DNA of 64,000 nt, from NCBI RefSeq assembly GCF_963921235.1, contig NC_086097.1, positions 193,752,001 to 193,816,000 of the forward strand. The letters are read 5' to 3'. The notes under the pieces were generated by a model. The model saw nothing but the letters and a program-made list of their open reading frames with translations, was not told the origin of the DNA and ran no database searches. Shown piece after piece: positions 14,101 through 26,100 of this stretch. The position numbers and the translations under genes are program-made. The stretch is from Mobula hypostoma (taxonomy: Eukaryota). Numbering within the stretch: the stretch's first letter is position 1; every line of letters starts with the position of its first letter.

Positions 14101-17100
14101 GTACAAGCAAAAGAGTCGCCGTTTAGCGCCATCATTTTGCTCCGCCCTCAAATGTTGTATTATACATGCACACTTTGACAATAAAATTAACCTTTGAAAT
14201 CAGCCATAATGGAATGGCAAAGCAGACTTGATGGGCCAGATGGCTTAATTATGCTCCTATTTCTTAGGGTCTTATGGTCTCGTAATGGAAACCACTGCCA
14301 TTCATAAACTCTGTTCTACATCCATTCCAAACCTTGTATACTTCTGAAATTGAACCAGACTGTCCACAAGTTGAGGTCATGTTTAACTCTTAAACGAGTT
14401 CTAGATAACATTTCTGGTCTTGTTTCATTTGAGAAAAGAAAGCTGAACATTTAACCAATATAAGTTCATAAAATGATGAAATGTTTTGATAGGGAATGAG
14501 AGGGTTAACATATGAGGGACGTTTGTCCGCTCTTGGACTGTATTCCTTGGAGTTTAGAAGAATGAGGGGAGACCTCATAGAAACATTTCAAATGTTAAAA
14601 GGCATGGACAGAGTGGATGTGGCAAAGTTGTTTCCCATGATGGGGGAGTCTAGTACGAGAGGGCATGACTTAAGGATTGAAGGGCGCCCATTCAGAACAG
14701 AAATGCGAAAAAATTTTTTTAGTCAGAGGGTGGTGAATCTATGGAATTTGTTGCCACGGGCAGCAGTGGAGGCCAAGTCATTGGGTGTATTTAAGACAGA
14801 GATTGATAGGTATCTGAGTAGCCAGGGCATCAAAGGTTATGGTGAGAAGGCAGGGGAGTGGGACTAAATAGGAGAAAATGGATCAGCTCATGATAAAATG
14901 GTGGGGCAGACTCGATGGGCCAAATGGCCTACTGCTCCTTTGTCTTATGGTCTTATGGATAGTGTAAATGTAGAGAGAATGTTTTCACTTGTGGGGAAGA
15001 GCTCAACACACAGCCATTAATATAAAATAATTACCAAGAAATCCAATAAGAAATCTAGAAGAACTTCTCCACACAAAAAGAGGTGAGAATGTGAAACTGG
15101 TTGAGGCCACTAATATAAGTATATTTGAGGAAACACTGGAGAAGGAAACAGAAATGAGGAAAGATGGGAAGATGCAACGTAAGTGCCAGCATGAACCAAT
15201 GGTCTGAAAGACTCATTTCTGTACTGTGTATCCAATGTAAATCTATTTTTTCACTATTCTCATCAAAATCCAGTTTTTCAAGCAAGTTTTTGACTACTTT
15301 CTCTAATGTCTATTTATTTTGCTCAGTTTCATATTATGTGTGCTATCTCTCCTATAATGTATTTTGTCTAAAGTCAACATGAAATTATGTAATTGGTTGT
15401 TTATTATTGTCACATGTACTGAAGTGCAAGAAAATACTTTGTTTAGGATGCCATCCATTTAGATAATTTCCCAACATCAGTACTTTGAGGTAGTACAAGG
15501 GAAAAGCAATAACCGAATGTGGATATTAAATGTTGCAGTTACAGAGGAAGTGCCGTACGCACAGATAATAAGGTGCAAGGCCATGATAAGGTAGATTGTG
15601 ATGTCAACAGTCCATCTTATTGTACAAGAGGTCCATTCAAAAGTCTTGTAGTAACGGAGTAGAAGCTGACCTTGAGTATGATGGTGCTGACTTTCAGACT
15701 TTGGTACCTTCTACCCATGCTCCGCCCATAGTGCAGAAGAGAAAATGAGCGGGATGGGAGGGGTCTTTGGTTATATTGGCTGCTTTTATGAGACAGCGAG
15801 AATCCGTGGTGGAAAGTCTGGTTTTGATGATGTGCTGACTGAACTATACCCAAAATTCTGTGCAGTTTCTTGTGCTCTTGGGAGATCAGTTTCCGTATTG
15901 AGCCAAGACACATCTGGATATGGTGCATCAATAAAAGTTATTGCAAGGTATTCCACAAAATTCAGGGAGCTGTAAATGTAATTACTTTTGTTCTGTTTCA
16001 AACTTCTTTTGTCCTTCCCAGAAATATAAAATAAAGGTTGATCATAAAACCGGTTTGGTGGAAATGATAATGGAGAAATTGGAGGATATAGATGAAGGTA
16101 CTTACACTATACAACTACAAGATGGCAAAGCAAATAACCAATCAAGTCTGGTGCTGATTGGAGATGGTGAGTTCTTATACGGTGTTCATTTTTATGTAGC
16201 TTAATTCCAATCACATTTAGTGGAAATAGAACACCAGGGACGCGCTGAGTAATACATAGCTTCTAATTTTAAATGCAGGACTTATTAATAGTACAACTTG
16301 TAGGTCATCTCCTGATGTACTTCTCTAAAAGTGTACTTGGAGTTCACTGCTGTTTGTGACATTGAATAAATACAGATGATTCCAGCATTTCATCCTACCT
16401 GTTATATCCTTACTGCAGAGTAAGTGTTGGTTCTCAGTTATCATTCCATGACTCAGTTTGTCTTGGTTCTTTAACTTGAACACCAAAGGGCTTCTGGTTA
16501 ATGAGGGGAATGAGAATGCTATGCCTGCCTTTTTGTTGGCTTTGTGGAACAGTCCATGATCGAAGCCTATACTGGTATCCAGCATCTGCAGATTTCCTCA
16601 TGTATGAGGACAATGTGTCAGGTGGTCAGGTGGAAAATGAAACAGAGCAGTGTCTCAACTGATTTGATCCATGATACCATTTCCTCAACAGCTACACCTG
16701 CCTCATCCAATATTGTCAGCCTGGTCTTTGTTAGCAATGAAAATCAAAAACAAAAACATTGCAAATGTTGGAAATGCTGGTGAAATTCAGCCACTCAAAA
16801 ACTGCAGATGTTAAAAATCTGAAATAAAATCCAGGCATAGTGGAAATGCTTAGGAGATTATGTAGCATTTGTGGAGGGAGAAACAGTATTTCAGGTTGTT
16901 GATCTTTTACCATAACAGTACTGATCCCTTCAGCCAGGAATTCACTAAAGTATTAGTGCCCATGGGATATGTACATGAACACCTAAGTCTGGAAGTCATC
17001 CTCAAAGGTTCACTGCTGTTTATCCTCTGCATTTCAACACAGAACTGGGTGGAGTGCAGCCATAGGAACACAAAGTGGCACTGGTTCCTCACCAATCTTG

Positions 17101-20100
17101 CACCATGCTGGCACCAGCACAGGGAGATCTTTTACTGTTAATTTCGGCGAACAACTGCCTTAAAGGACTTCAGTAAATATTCAATAGTTTAGATTTTAAT
17201 AAGTGTTAGAGTATTTAAATATTTATTAAGTAGTTTAGAATTTTTTTAAGAATTTAAGTATCTTTTTGTCTGTCAGAGGTATTCAGTGTTTGACAGCTTT
17301 AAAAGACTTGTGGAATTCAGAGAGTGCGACCAAGTTTTATGCTTCTATATTTCAATCATGTATTGTCACATTTATCATCATCTTCAGTAATGACACCCAC
17401 CAAGATCTCATGCCTCCATGACTTGGACTTCCTCTTTCCCAACATCGGTTCTATCAGATATTAGTTAAGGAGATCTTGGTGTACAACAGTAGTGATGTCA
17501 TTAAAAATGTTGAATAGCCAAGTAAATTGAAGAATCATTACAGAAAACAAGTTAGATAGGTGAATGCAAATTTTAGCTAATGTATTAATTCTTTAACAAA
17601 GCATGAAATATAAGTAATGTTGTAAAACAGAATTTTTCTTTATATATAAAATCTATGATCCCTGCTTCTGTGGGGCACATACTTTCATCACTCAGCTCCT
17701 ATAAATTTGTACTTGCACTGAACAGCTTCTCCAGGCAGATGCTCAAATAGAACTTTGGTCTAAGGAGTCCCTATCCTCATCTGTCAGGCTGTACATTACA
17801 GGGTCTTCAGCACATAACTACAAAGAAAATTTCAATAATTACGCACCACTGGTTCCATCAACAATCAAAGATCAAAAATGGTTTTTTAAAAACCTTAAAT
17901 GTCTCTGAATTAAACACCTTCAAAAACACTTAGAAAATTGTAAAAAAAAATTAAAACTAAGTTTTAAAATGTTAAACGTAAAAATTTATATTTAAACTGA
18001 TCTTAAAATATTTACATGAACACAGGAAATTTTGCCGATGCTGAAAATCCAGAGCAACACACAAAATGCTGAAGGGACTCAGCAGGTCAGGCAGCATCTA
18101 TGGAAATGAACAAATAGTCGACATTCTGGGCCAAGATCCTTCAGCAGGACTGGAATAGGAAGTGGAAGAAGACAGAAAATATGGTAGGGTGAGGGGAAGG
18201 AGGACAAGCTAGAATTTGATAGGTGAGGCCAGGTGGGTAGGAAAGGTAAAGAGCTGGAGGAGGAGGAATATGATAGGAGAAGAGAGTGGACAATGGGAGA
18301 AAGGGAAGAAGGAGGGTAGGTGATAGGCAGGTGTGAAGAAGAGGTAAGAGGCCAGATTGAGGAATAGAAGAAAATGGAATGGAAAAGAAAAAAGAGAGAG
18401 AAAAAGAAGTTACCAGAAGGAGAAATCAATATTCTTACCATCATATTGGAGGGCACCTGGACAAAATATGAGGAGTTGCTCCTGCACCCTGTGAGTAGCC
18501 TCATTGTGGCAGAAGAGGAGGCCTTGGACTGACATATTGGAATGGGAATGGGGATAGGAATTAAGATCACAAACACAAGAATATCTGCAGATGCTGTATA
18601 TCCAAGCACCACACACAAAATGCTGAGGTAACTCAGTAGGCCAGAACATCTATGAAAAAGAGTAAAGAGTTGACTTTTTAGGCTGAGACCCTTTTTCAAG
18701 ATAGTTCTGAAGAAAGGTCTTGGCCTGAAACATCGAATGTATTCCATAGATGCTGCCTGACCTGCTGAGTTTCTCCAGCATTTTGTGTGTGTTGATAGGA
18801 ATTAAAATGGTTGGCCACCAGGAAATTCCACTTTTGGTGAATGGAGTGAAGGTGCTTGACAAAGCAGACCACAATTTACATCGAGTCTCATCAATACAGA
18901 TGAAGTTGCATTGGGAGCACTGGCTACAATAGACGACCCCAACAGATTTACAGGTAGAATGTTGCCTCATCTAGAAGGACTGTTTGGGACCATGAGTGGA
19001 GGTGAGGGAGGTGGGAAATGGGCATGTGTAGGATTTCTGTCACTTGCAGGGATATGTGCCAGAGGGGAGATTAGTTGGGAGGGACAAATGAACAAGGGAA
19101 TCTTGAAAGGGGTGATCACTGTGAAAAGCAGAGAGTGGGGTGGGCAGGTAATGGTGTGGTAGGGTCCCATTGAAGGTAGTGTTGAAGAAGATACAGGAGC
19201 CTCAGGACACTCACCATCAGCTTCAGGAACAATTATTACCCCTCAACCACCAGGCTCTTGAAACAGAGGGGATAACTTCATTCAGCTTTACTTGCCCTCA
19301 TCACTGAACTGTTCCCACAACCGATTGACTCACTTTCAAGGTCTCTTCATCTCATGTTCTCGATATTTATTGCTTATTATTTATTATTTATTATTATTAA
19401 TTTCTCTTTTGTATTTGCAGTTGTCTTGTGTACATCAGTTGTTTGTCCATTCTATTGGGGGTGGGATTTCATTGATTCTATTTTCAGTCTTGGATTTACT
19501 GAGTATGCCTGCAAGAAAACAAATCTCAAAGCTATGTATGGTGACATACCTGTGCATTGATAATAATTTTACTTTGAACTTTGAAATTGCGGAGAATGAT
19601 GTGTTGTATGCGGAAGCTCACGGGGTGGTAGGTGAGGACAAGAAGAATGGGGCTTCCCTTCCTCCATCACTGATGCTGCCCTCACCTGCATCTCCTCTGT
19701 TTTGGCACTCAGGCCATCTTCCCACTGTTGGATAGAGTTCCTTTTGTCCAGGTAGTGGGGTGAGGTTCAGGTGAAGATGTTAGTTAGTACAACTCTGGCA
19801 GACACCCTAACAAGAAGGTGAAGGGACCTTTATCTTGACATACATGTCCACTTGTGCTTCTCTAAATTCCAGGTACCTGTGTGTGATAGATTTCAACTGT
19901 ACCATTTTAAATAAAGAAACCATTTCTTCAGCCCATCATCCTGAGCAAATTACAGATATCATAAAATGATATTTTTGGGGCTAAAGGATTTTCTATTAAA
20001 ATATTATTCACAAAATGCCTCACACAATGAAACGTAACATTATCTAGGTATCTTACAGACAGTATCAGTTTTCATCAATCCATTTATTTCCCATAATTGC

Positions 20101-23100
20101 GAAGGAGAATCCTGCAGAAAGCGCAGCCCATAAAAGCACACTGAATTACAAACACATATTTTGGATTTCTGCAATAATCTAAAGATGTACAGAATCCTGA
20201 CGGTGATGTCAGTTTCATATTGTAACAAATACAAATGCTGATAATTTTCATGTCACTGCTGTCACAAATTCTGTGTCAGAGTTTAACTAATCTTGTGTTC
20301 CATTTGTCTTTTTTTTAGTGTTTAAAAACCTGCAGAAAGAAGCAGAGTTTCAGAGAGGAGAGTGGCTCAGGAAACAAGGTAAAGTCACAATTTGATTGAT
20401 GTACTAATGGGGGTATGGTACTGACATGGATAGAAAATTGGTTAGCAGACAGGAAACAAAGATTAGGGACCCTAATGGGTCCTTTTCAGAACGGCAGGCA
20501 GTGACTAGTGGGGTACCACAAGGCTCGGTTCTGGGACCGCAGCTATTTACAATATACATTAATGATTGAGATGAAGGGATTAAAAGTAACATTAGCAAAT
20601 TTACAGATGACACAAAGCTGGGTGGCAGTGTGAAATGTGAGGAGGATGTTATGAGAATACAAGGTGACTTGGACAGGTTGGGTGAGTGGGCAGATGCAGT
20701 TCAATGTGGATAAATGTGAGGTTATCCACTTTGGTGGAAAGAACAGGAAGGCAGATTACTATCTGAATGGTGTCAAGTTAGGAAAAGGGGAAGTACAACG
20801 AGATCTAGGTGTTCTTGTACATCAGTCGCTGAAAGCAAGCACGCAGGTACAACAGGAAGTGAAGAAAGCTAACGGCATGTTGGCCTTCATAACAAGGGGA
20901 GTTGAGTATAGGAGCAAAGAGGTCCTTCTACAGTTGTACAGGGCCCTGCTGAGACCACACCTGGAGTATTGTGTTCAGTTTTGGTCTCCAAATTTGAGGA
21001 AAGACATTCTAGCTATTGAGGGAATGCAGCGTAGGTTCACGAGGTTAATTCCCGGGATGACGGGACTCTCATATGTTGAAAGATTGGAGCGACTGGGGTT
21101 GTATACACTGGAATTTAGAAGGATGAGAGGGGATCTGATTGAAACATATAAGATTATTAAGGGATTGGACACGCTGGAGGCAGGAAACATGTTCCCGATG
21201 TTGGGGGGAGTCCAGAACCAGAGGTCACAGTTTAAGAATAAGGGGTAAGCAATTTAGAAAGGAGTTGAGGAAAAACTTTTTCACACAGAGGGTTGTGGTT
21301 CTGTGGAATGCTCTGCCTCAGAAGGCAGTGGAGGCCAATTCTCTGGATTCTTTCAAGAAAGAGTTAGATAGAGTGTTAAAGATAGTGGAGTGAAGGGATA
21401 TGGGGAGAAGGCAGGAAAAGAGTACTGATTGTGGGTGCAAACACGAGGAATTCTGCAGATGCTGGAAATTCAAGCAACACACATCAAAGTTGCTGGTGAA
21501 CGCAGCAGGCCAGGCGGTATCTCTAGGAAGAGGTACAGTCGACGTTTCAGGCCAAGACCCTTCATCAGGACTAACTGAAGAAAGAGCTAGTGAGAGATTT
21601 AAAAGTGGGAGGGGGAGGGGGAGATCCAAAATGATAGGAGAAGACAGGAGGGGGAGGGATGGAGCCAAGAGCTGGACAGGTGATTAGCAAAAGGGGTATG
21701 AGAGGATCATGGGACAGAAGGCCCAGGGAGAAGGAAAAGGGGGAGGGGGGGGAAAGCCCAGGGGATGGACAAGGGGTATAGTCAGAGGGACAGAGGGAGA
21801 AAAAGGAGAGTGAGAGAAAGAATGTGTGTATATAAATAACGGATGGGGTACGAGGGGGAGGTGGGGCATTAGCGGAAGTTAGAGAAGTCAATGTTCATGC
21901 CATCAGGTTGGAGGCTACCCAGACGGAATATACGGTGTTGTTCCTCCAACCTGAGTGTGGCTTCATCTTTACAGTAGATGATGCCGTGGATAGACATGTC
22001 AGAATGGGACTGGGATGTGGAATTAAAATGTGTGGCCACTGGGAGATCCTGCTTTCTCTGGCGGACTGAGCGTAGGTGTTTAGCAAAATGATCTCCCAGT
22101 CTGCGTCGGGTCTCGCCAATATATAGAAGGCTACATCGGGAGCACCGGACACAGTATACCACTGACTATACCCCTTGCCCATCCTCTGGGCTTTCCCCCC
22201 CTCCCCTTTTTCCTTCTCCCTGGGCTCCTGTCCCATGATCCTGTCATACTCCTTTTGCCAATCACCTGTCCAGCTCTTGGCTCCATCCCTCCCCCTCCTG
22301 TCTTCTCCTATCATTTTGGATTTCCCCCTCCCCCTCCCACTTTTAAATTTCTTACTAGCTCTTTCTTCAGTTAGTCCTGACGAAAGGTCTTGGCCTGAAA
22401 CGTCAACTGTACCTCTTCCTAGAGATGCTGCCTGGCTTGCTGCATTCACCAGCAACTTTGATGTGTGTTCACTGATTGTGGATGATCAGCCATGATCACA
22501 GTGAATGATGATGCTGGCTCAAAGGGCTGAATGGCCTACTCCTGCACCTATTGTCCATTGTACTGTTGCCCAGAAAATGGAATTCAATATCTTTTACTGT
22601 GTTGAACATGCATTCTACACAGCACTGAAGGGCACACGGGTCACCAGAATAGTCTTGCAAAATTGGGCAAAAATGGTATGAAAAGTAGCACTATGGGGTG
22701 TATGATGCTGAATCATATGCAAGAGATACCTTGAAGTTCCCAACCAGATTTCTGTGCTGAAACCACTTGGAAATGACTTATAGAATATTGTGCCCTGGCA
22801 GCAAAAGGATTGTAGCATTAAAGGCTGTCATGGAAGTAACAGAAAACATTGGGAAGAGGGGAGGATGGTGGAGGGTCACCAGCGTCTGGGAAATTTACAT
22901 TAACATCAGGCTTAATCTGCCTCAAAGCTCCAGCAACTTAGATTCAGTTCTTGCTTCCAGTGTTGCCTCTGTGCAGCAAGCATGTTCTCCCTGTAGCCAT
23001 GTGGGCTTTCCTGTTTCCCTCCCATATCTCAAGGACATGGTGGTAAGTTAATTGGTTACTGCAAGTTCCCCGTAGGTGGCTGAGTGATGGGAAACTAAGA

Positions 23101-26100
23101 GTGAAGTTGATGGTCATATGAGCCACTATAAATTACAGGGAAAAAAGCTGATGGGACTACCCTCGGCACTGACATTGAGTCTTCTCTGATGTAAGGAAAA
23201 ATGAAATATGAAAATATATCAAGTGAAGTTGAGTTTATTGTCACGTGCACAAATACAGTGAGGTATAGATACAATGAAAAGATTACTTGCAGTAGCTTCA
23301 CAGGTATGTAGGTACAGACAACACAAAGAATATGAAATGTACCTAAATTATACAAGACAGTGCAGAGTCAAAAAAACGCTGTCCAAACAAAGGTACTGAT
23401 ACAAAAAAAAGTAATCAAGAGACGAGTCCATTGTAGTACAAGAGGTGATCCACAGTGTAAACACAAGGAATTCTGCAGATGCTGGAAATTCAAGCAATAC
23501 ACAACAAAGTTGTTGGTGAACGCAGCAGGCCAGGCAGCATCTCTAGGAAGAGGTACAGTCGACGTTTCGGGCTAAGACCCTTCGTCAGGACTAACTGAAG
23601 GAAGAGCTAGTAACATTGTTCTGGTAGAGTTATGGTTGTGTGGATTTGTTCAAGAATCTGAACTTGGTTAGCTTAACGTAGCCATTCCTAAACCTGGAGA
23701 TGTGGGACTCATGAATATCAGCTTCCATACTGTGACTGACCCTCAAGATGCCACATGTAGTGGGCTGATCAACAGGCTCTGAATTAGGTTCAATTAACTA
23801 TCTGATATAAAACGGGATAAGCAAGGCTGGGATGCACTGTGCTTGAGATATTAATGTGACAGTCCAGACTCTATTGCCTAATCATGCACTCTTAGTGTTT
23901 TTGTGAGTAAACAGTGCAGCTGGTAGGTTTCTTCTGGAAGCTGCACTTCCTGCCAGCCATGAACTAAGTATTCACTGCACAACCTATGACATTACAACCA
24001 ATACTGGATAAATGTCAGCTGCATTTACACGAATTAGTCCCTAGGTGTCCAGTCCTGTATATTGTAGTCTTCCTGAACATTCTCCAAGTAACTGAGCAAA
24101 GCAGCAAGGTTCGTTCCTTTATCTGTGGTAACCATCTGCTGGGTAAGATTATCATCCTCCGGTTGAGCAGTTGCTTGCCACAGGTACCCAGCTGAGCCTA
24201 TATTGATGCAAGATAGGAGCTATCATCTCCTGGGACTCACACTGCATTACTGGGTTGCTGCTTCTCCATGTCCCATTCACCCAACTATCAGCCATGGTAA
24301 AATGGGGTTCATTATCCCTTCCCTTCCTACTTGGAACATTATGGCTGTTTATTAAACCATTAATAAAACATTATTGTTTCTTAGCAAAAACTTGTTTACT
24401 GCCTGAAAGCAAAGATATTAAGAAAATCACTGAACAGATTTCTTAAAACTTTAAGAGAGACGATAAAATGTGATAGATGAAATCTATGTTAACTAATTAA
24501 CATGTGATAATGATAGGAACTGACTTGATTTTGATGTTATGCAAAATAGTGTGTAGTGATAAATTTTCTGTGTTAACAGGTCCTCATTTTGTTGAGTATC
24601 TTAAATGGGAAGTTACAAGTGACTGCAATGTACTTTTGAAATGCAAGGTAAAAACAATCAGTATTTTTCTGCATGACTTTGATTCTACAATTCCACAAGT
24701 ATTTAATGATTTAAATATTTAGTAGGCAGCACCTTGTACTGAACAGAAAGGTAACAGCACTGCTTTCTTGAAAAAGAATTGTAAACACATACTAAACAGA
24801 GCAAGAACATTGTAGTTGGAGAATTTTCCTAATTTGCACCGTGAGAAAACTAGCTATTGATCAGATCGGGATCATCCCTGTCCCATTTCTATTTCAGATG
24901 TAATGGTAATGGGTCCATCAAAATATGAATTAATATATTTAAACAGAACAATATCAATGCAAAATATTAGCAATGCTGGAAGTTAGCAATGCTTGTATAT
25001 TGTAGAAAGTAGCACTGCCAACAGACACAGAACAACATGTTATATGATATTCAAAAATGTAGAATAAAAACTCAATGCAGAACAACTTATCAACAGTTTC
25101 ATAGTACTTCTCTAACTCACGTGTGATTTGTATGACATTTGTCAAATACAATAATTTATTTTGAAATTCAATGCTGGCTACATCTCAATATCTTCTCCCA
25201 AAATAATGGAAATCAGTTGCTGACTCACATAGACAGAGTGTTTAAAGAAAACATGACAGAGAGACAAATTTCTCTACCATGTACTTACTACCACACAGTC
25301 AAATCAGTTCAACTTAGTACTACACATAGAGTTATTGATTACCTGCAAGAGAAACTCGGCAGATACTGGAAATCCGAGCATCACACACAAAATGCTGGAG
25401 GAACACAGCAGGCCAGGCAGAATCTATGGATAAAAGTATCGTCGATGTTTTGGGCTGAAACCCTTTGGCATTACTGGAGACAAAAGTGCTGAGGAGTAGA
25501 TTTGAAAGGTGGGGGGAGAGGAGAGAGAAACATCAGGTGATAGGTGAAACTTAGAGGGGGAGGGATGAAGTAAAGAGCTAGAAAGTTGAAAGAGATGGAA
25601 GGCCATGGAAAAAAAGAAAAATGGTGGGGTGAGGAGCAACAGAGGGAGGCAGTGGGTGGACAAGAAGATAACATGAGAGAGGGAAAAGGGGATGGGAAAT
25701 GGTGAAGGCGGGGAGGCATTACTGTAAGTTTGAAAAATCGATTTTCATGCCATCAGGTTGGAGGCTTCCCAAACGGACAATAAGGTGTAGTTCCTCCAAT
25801 CTAAGTGTGGGCTTATCCCGACAGTGGAGGAGGCCGTGGATGGACATACTGGAATGGGAATGGGAAGTGGAATTAAAATGGGTGGCCACTGGGAGATCCC
25901 ACTTTTTCTGGTGGACAGAGCGTAGAATCTCGGTGAATCAGGCTCCCAATCTATGTCAAATCTCACCAATAAACAGGAGGCCAGACTGGGAGCACCAAAC
26001 ACAATGTATGACCCCCAACAGACTCACAGGTGAAGTGTCGCCTCATCTGGAAGGTCTGGTTGGGGCCCTGAATGGTGGTGAGGGAGGACGTGTAGGGGCA

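Larger units (their letters stand above)
18018..19749 (-). mobile_element. Penelope-like element with 5' inversion and two nested insertions
   Basis: GIY-YIG remnants (VVYCSQCSQCNFICIDETR; QGLLFCHNEATHRVQEQLLIF..DGKNIDFS), polypyrimidine 3' UTR, degenerate hammerhead at 18116-18151; inverted segment 19649-19749. Confidence 0.85.
21435..22470 (-). mobile_element. Penelope-like element: GIY-YIG endonuclease fragment with inverted pseudo-LTR
   Basis: ORF 21869..22162 VYCVRCSRCSLLYIGETRRRLGDHFAKHLRSV...EEQHRIFRLGSLQPDGMN; about 310-bp inverted arms; 11-bp TSD actgattgtgg (21424-21434, 22471-22481). Confidence 0.93.
20406..22565 (+). mobile_element. 5'-truncated CR1 LINE with a Penelope insertion in its tail
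   Basis: RT motifs [23 protein letters not shown] 20664..21248 (LEYCVQFWSP, RRMRGDLIETYKI). Confidence 0.92.

Noticed and set aside
18079..18747. 222-aa minus-strand ORF and similar P/S/L-rich ORFs at 21318-22495 and 60981-61449
   Set aside because: Off-frame readings of Penelope UTR polypyrimidine tracts; no splice or homology support.
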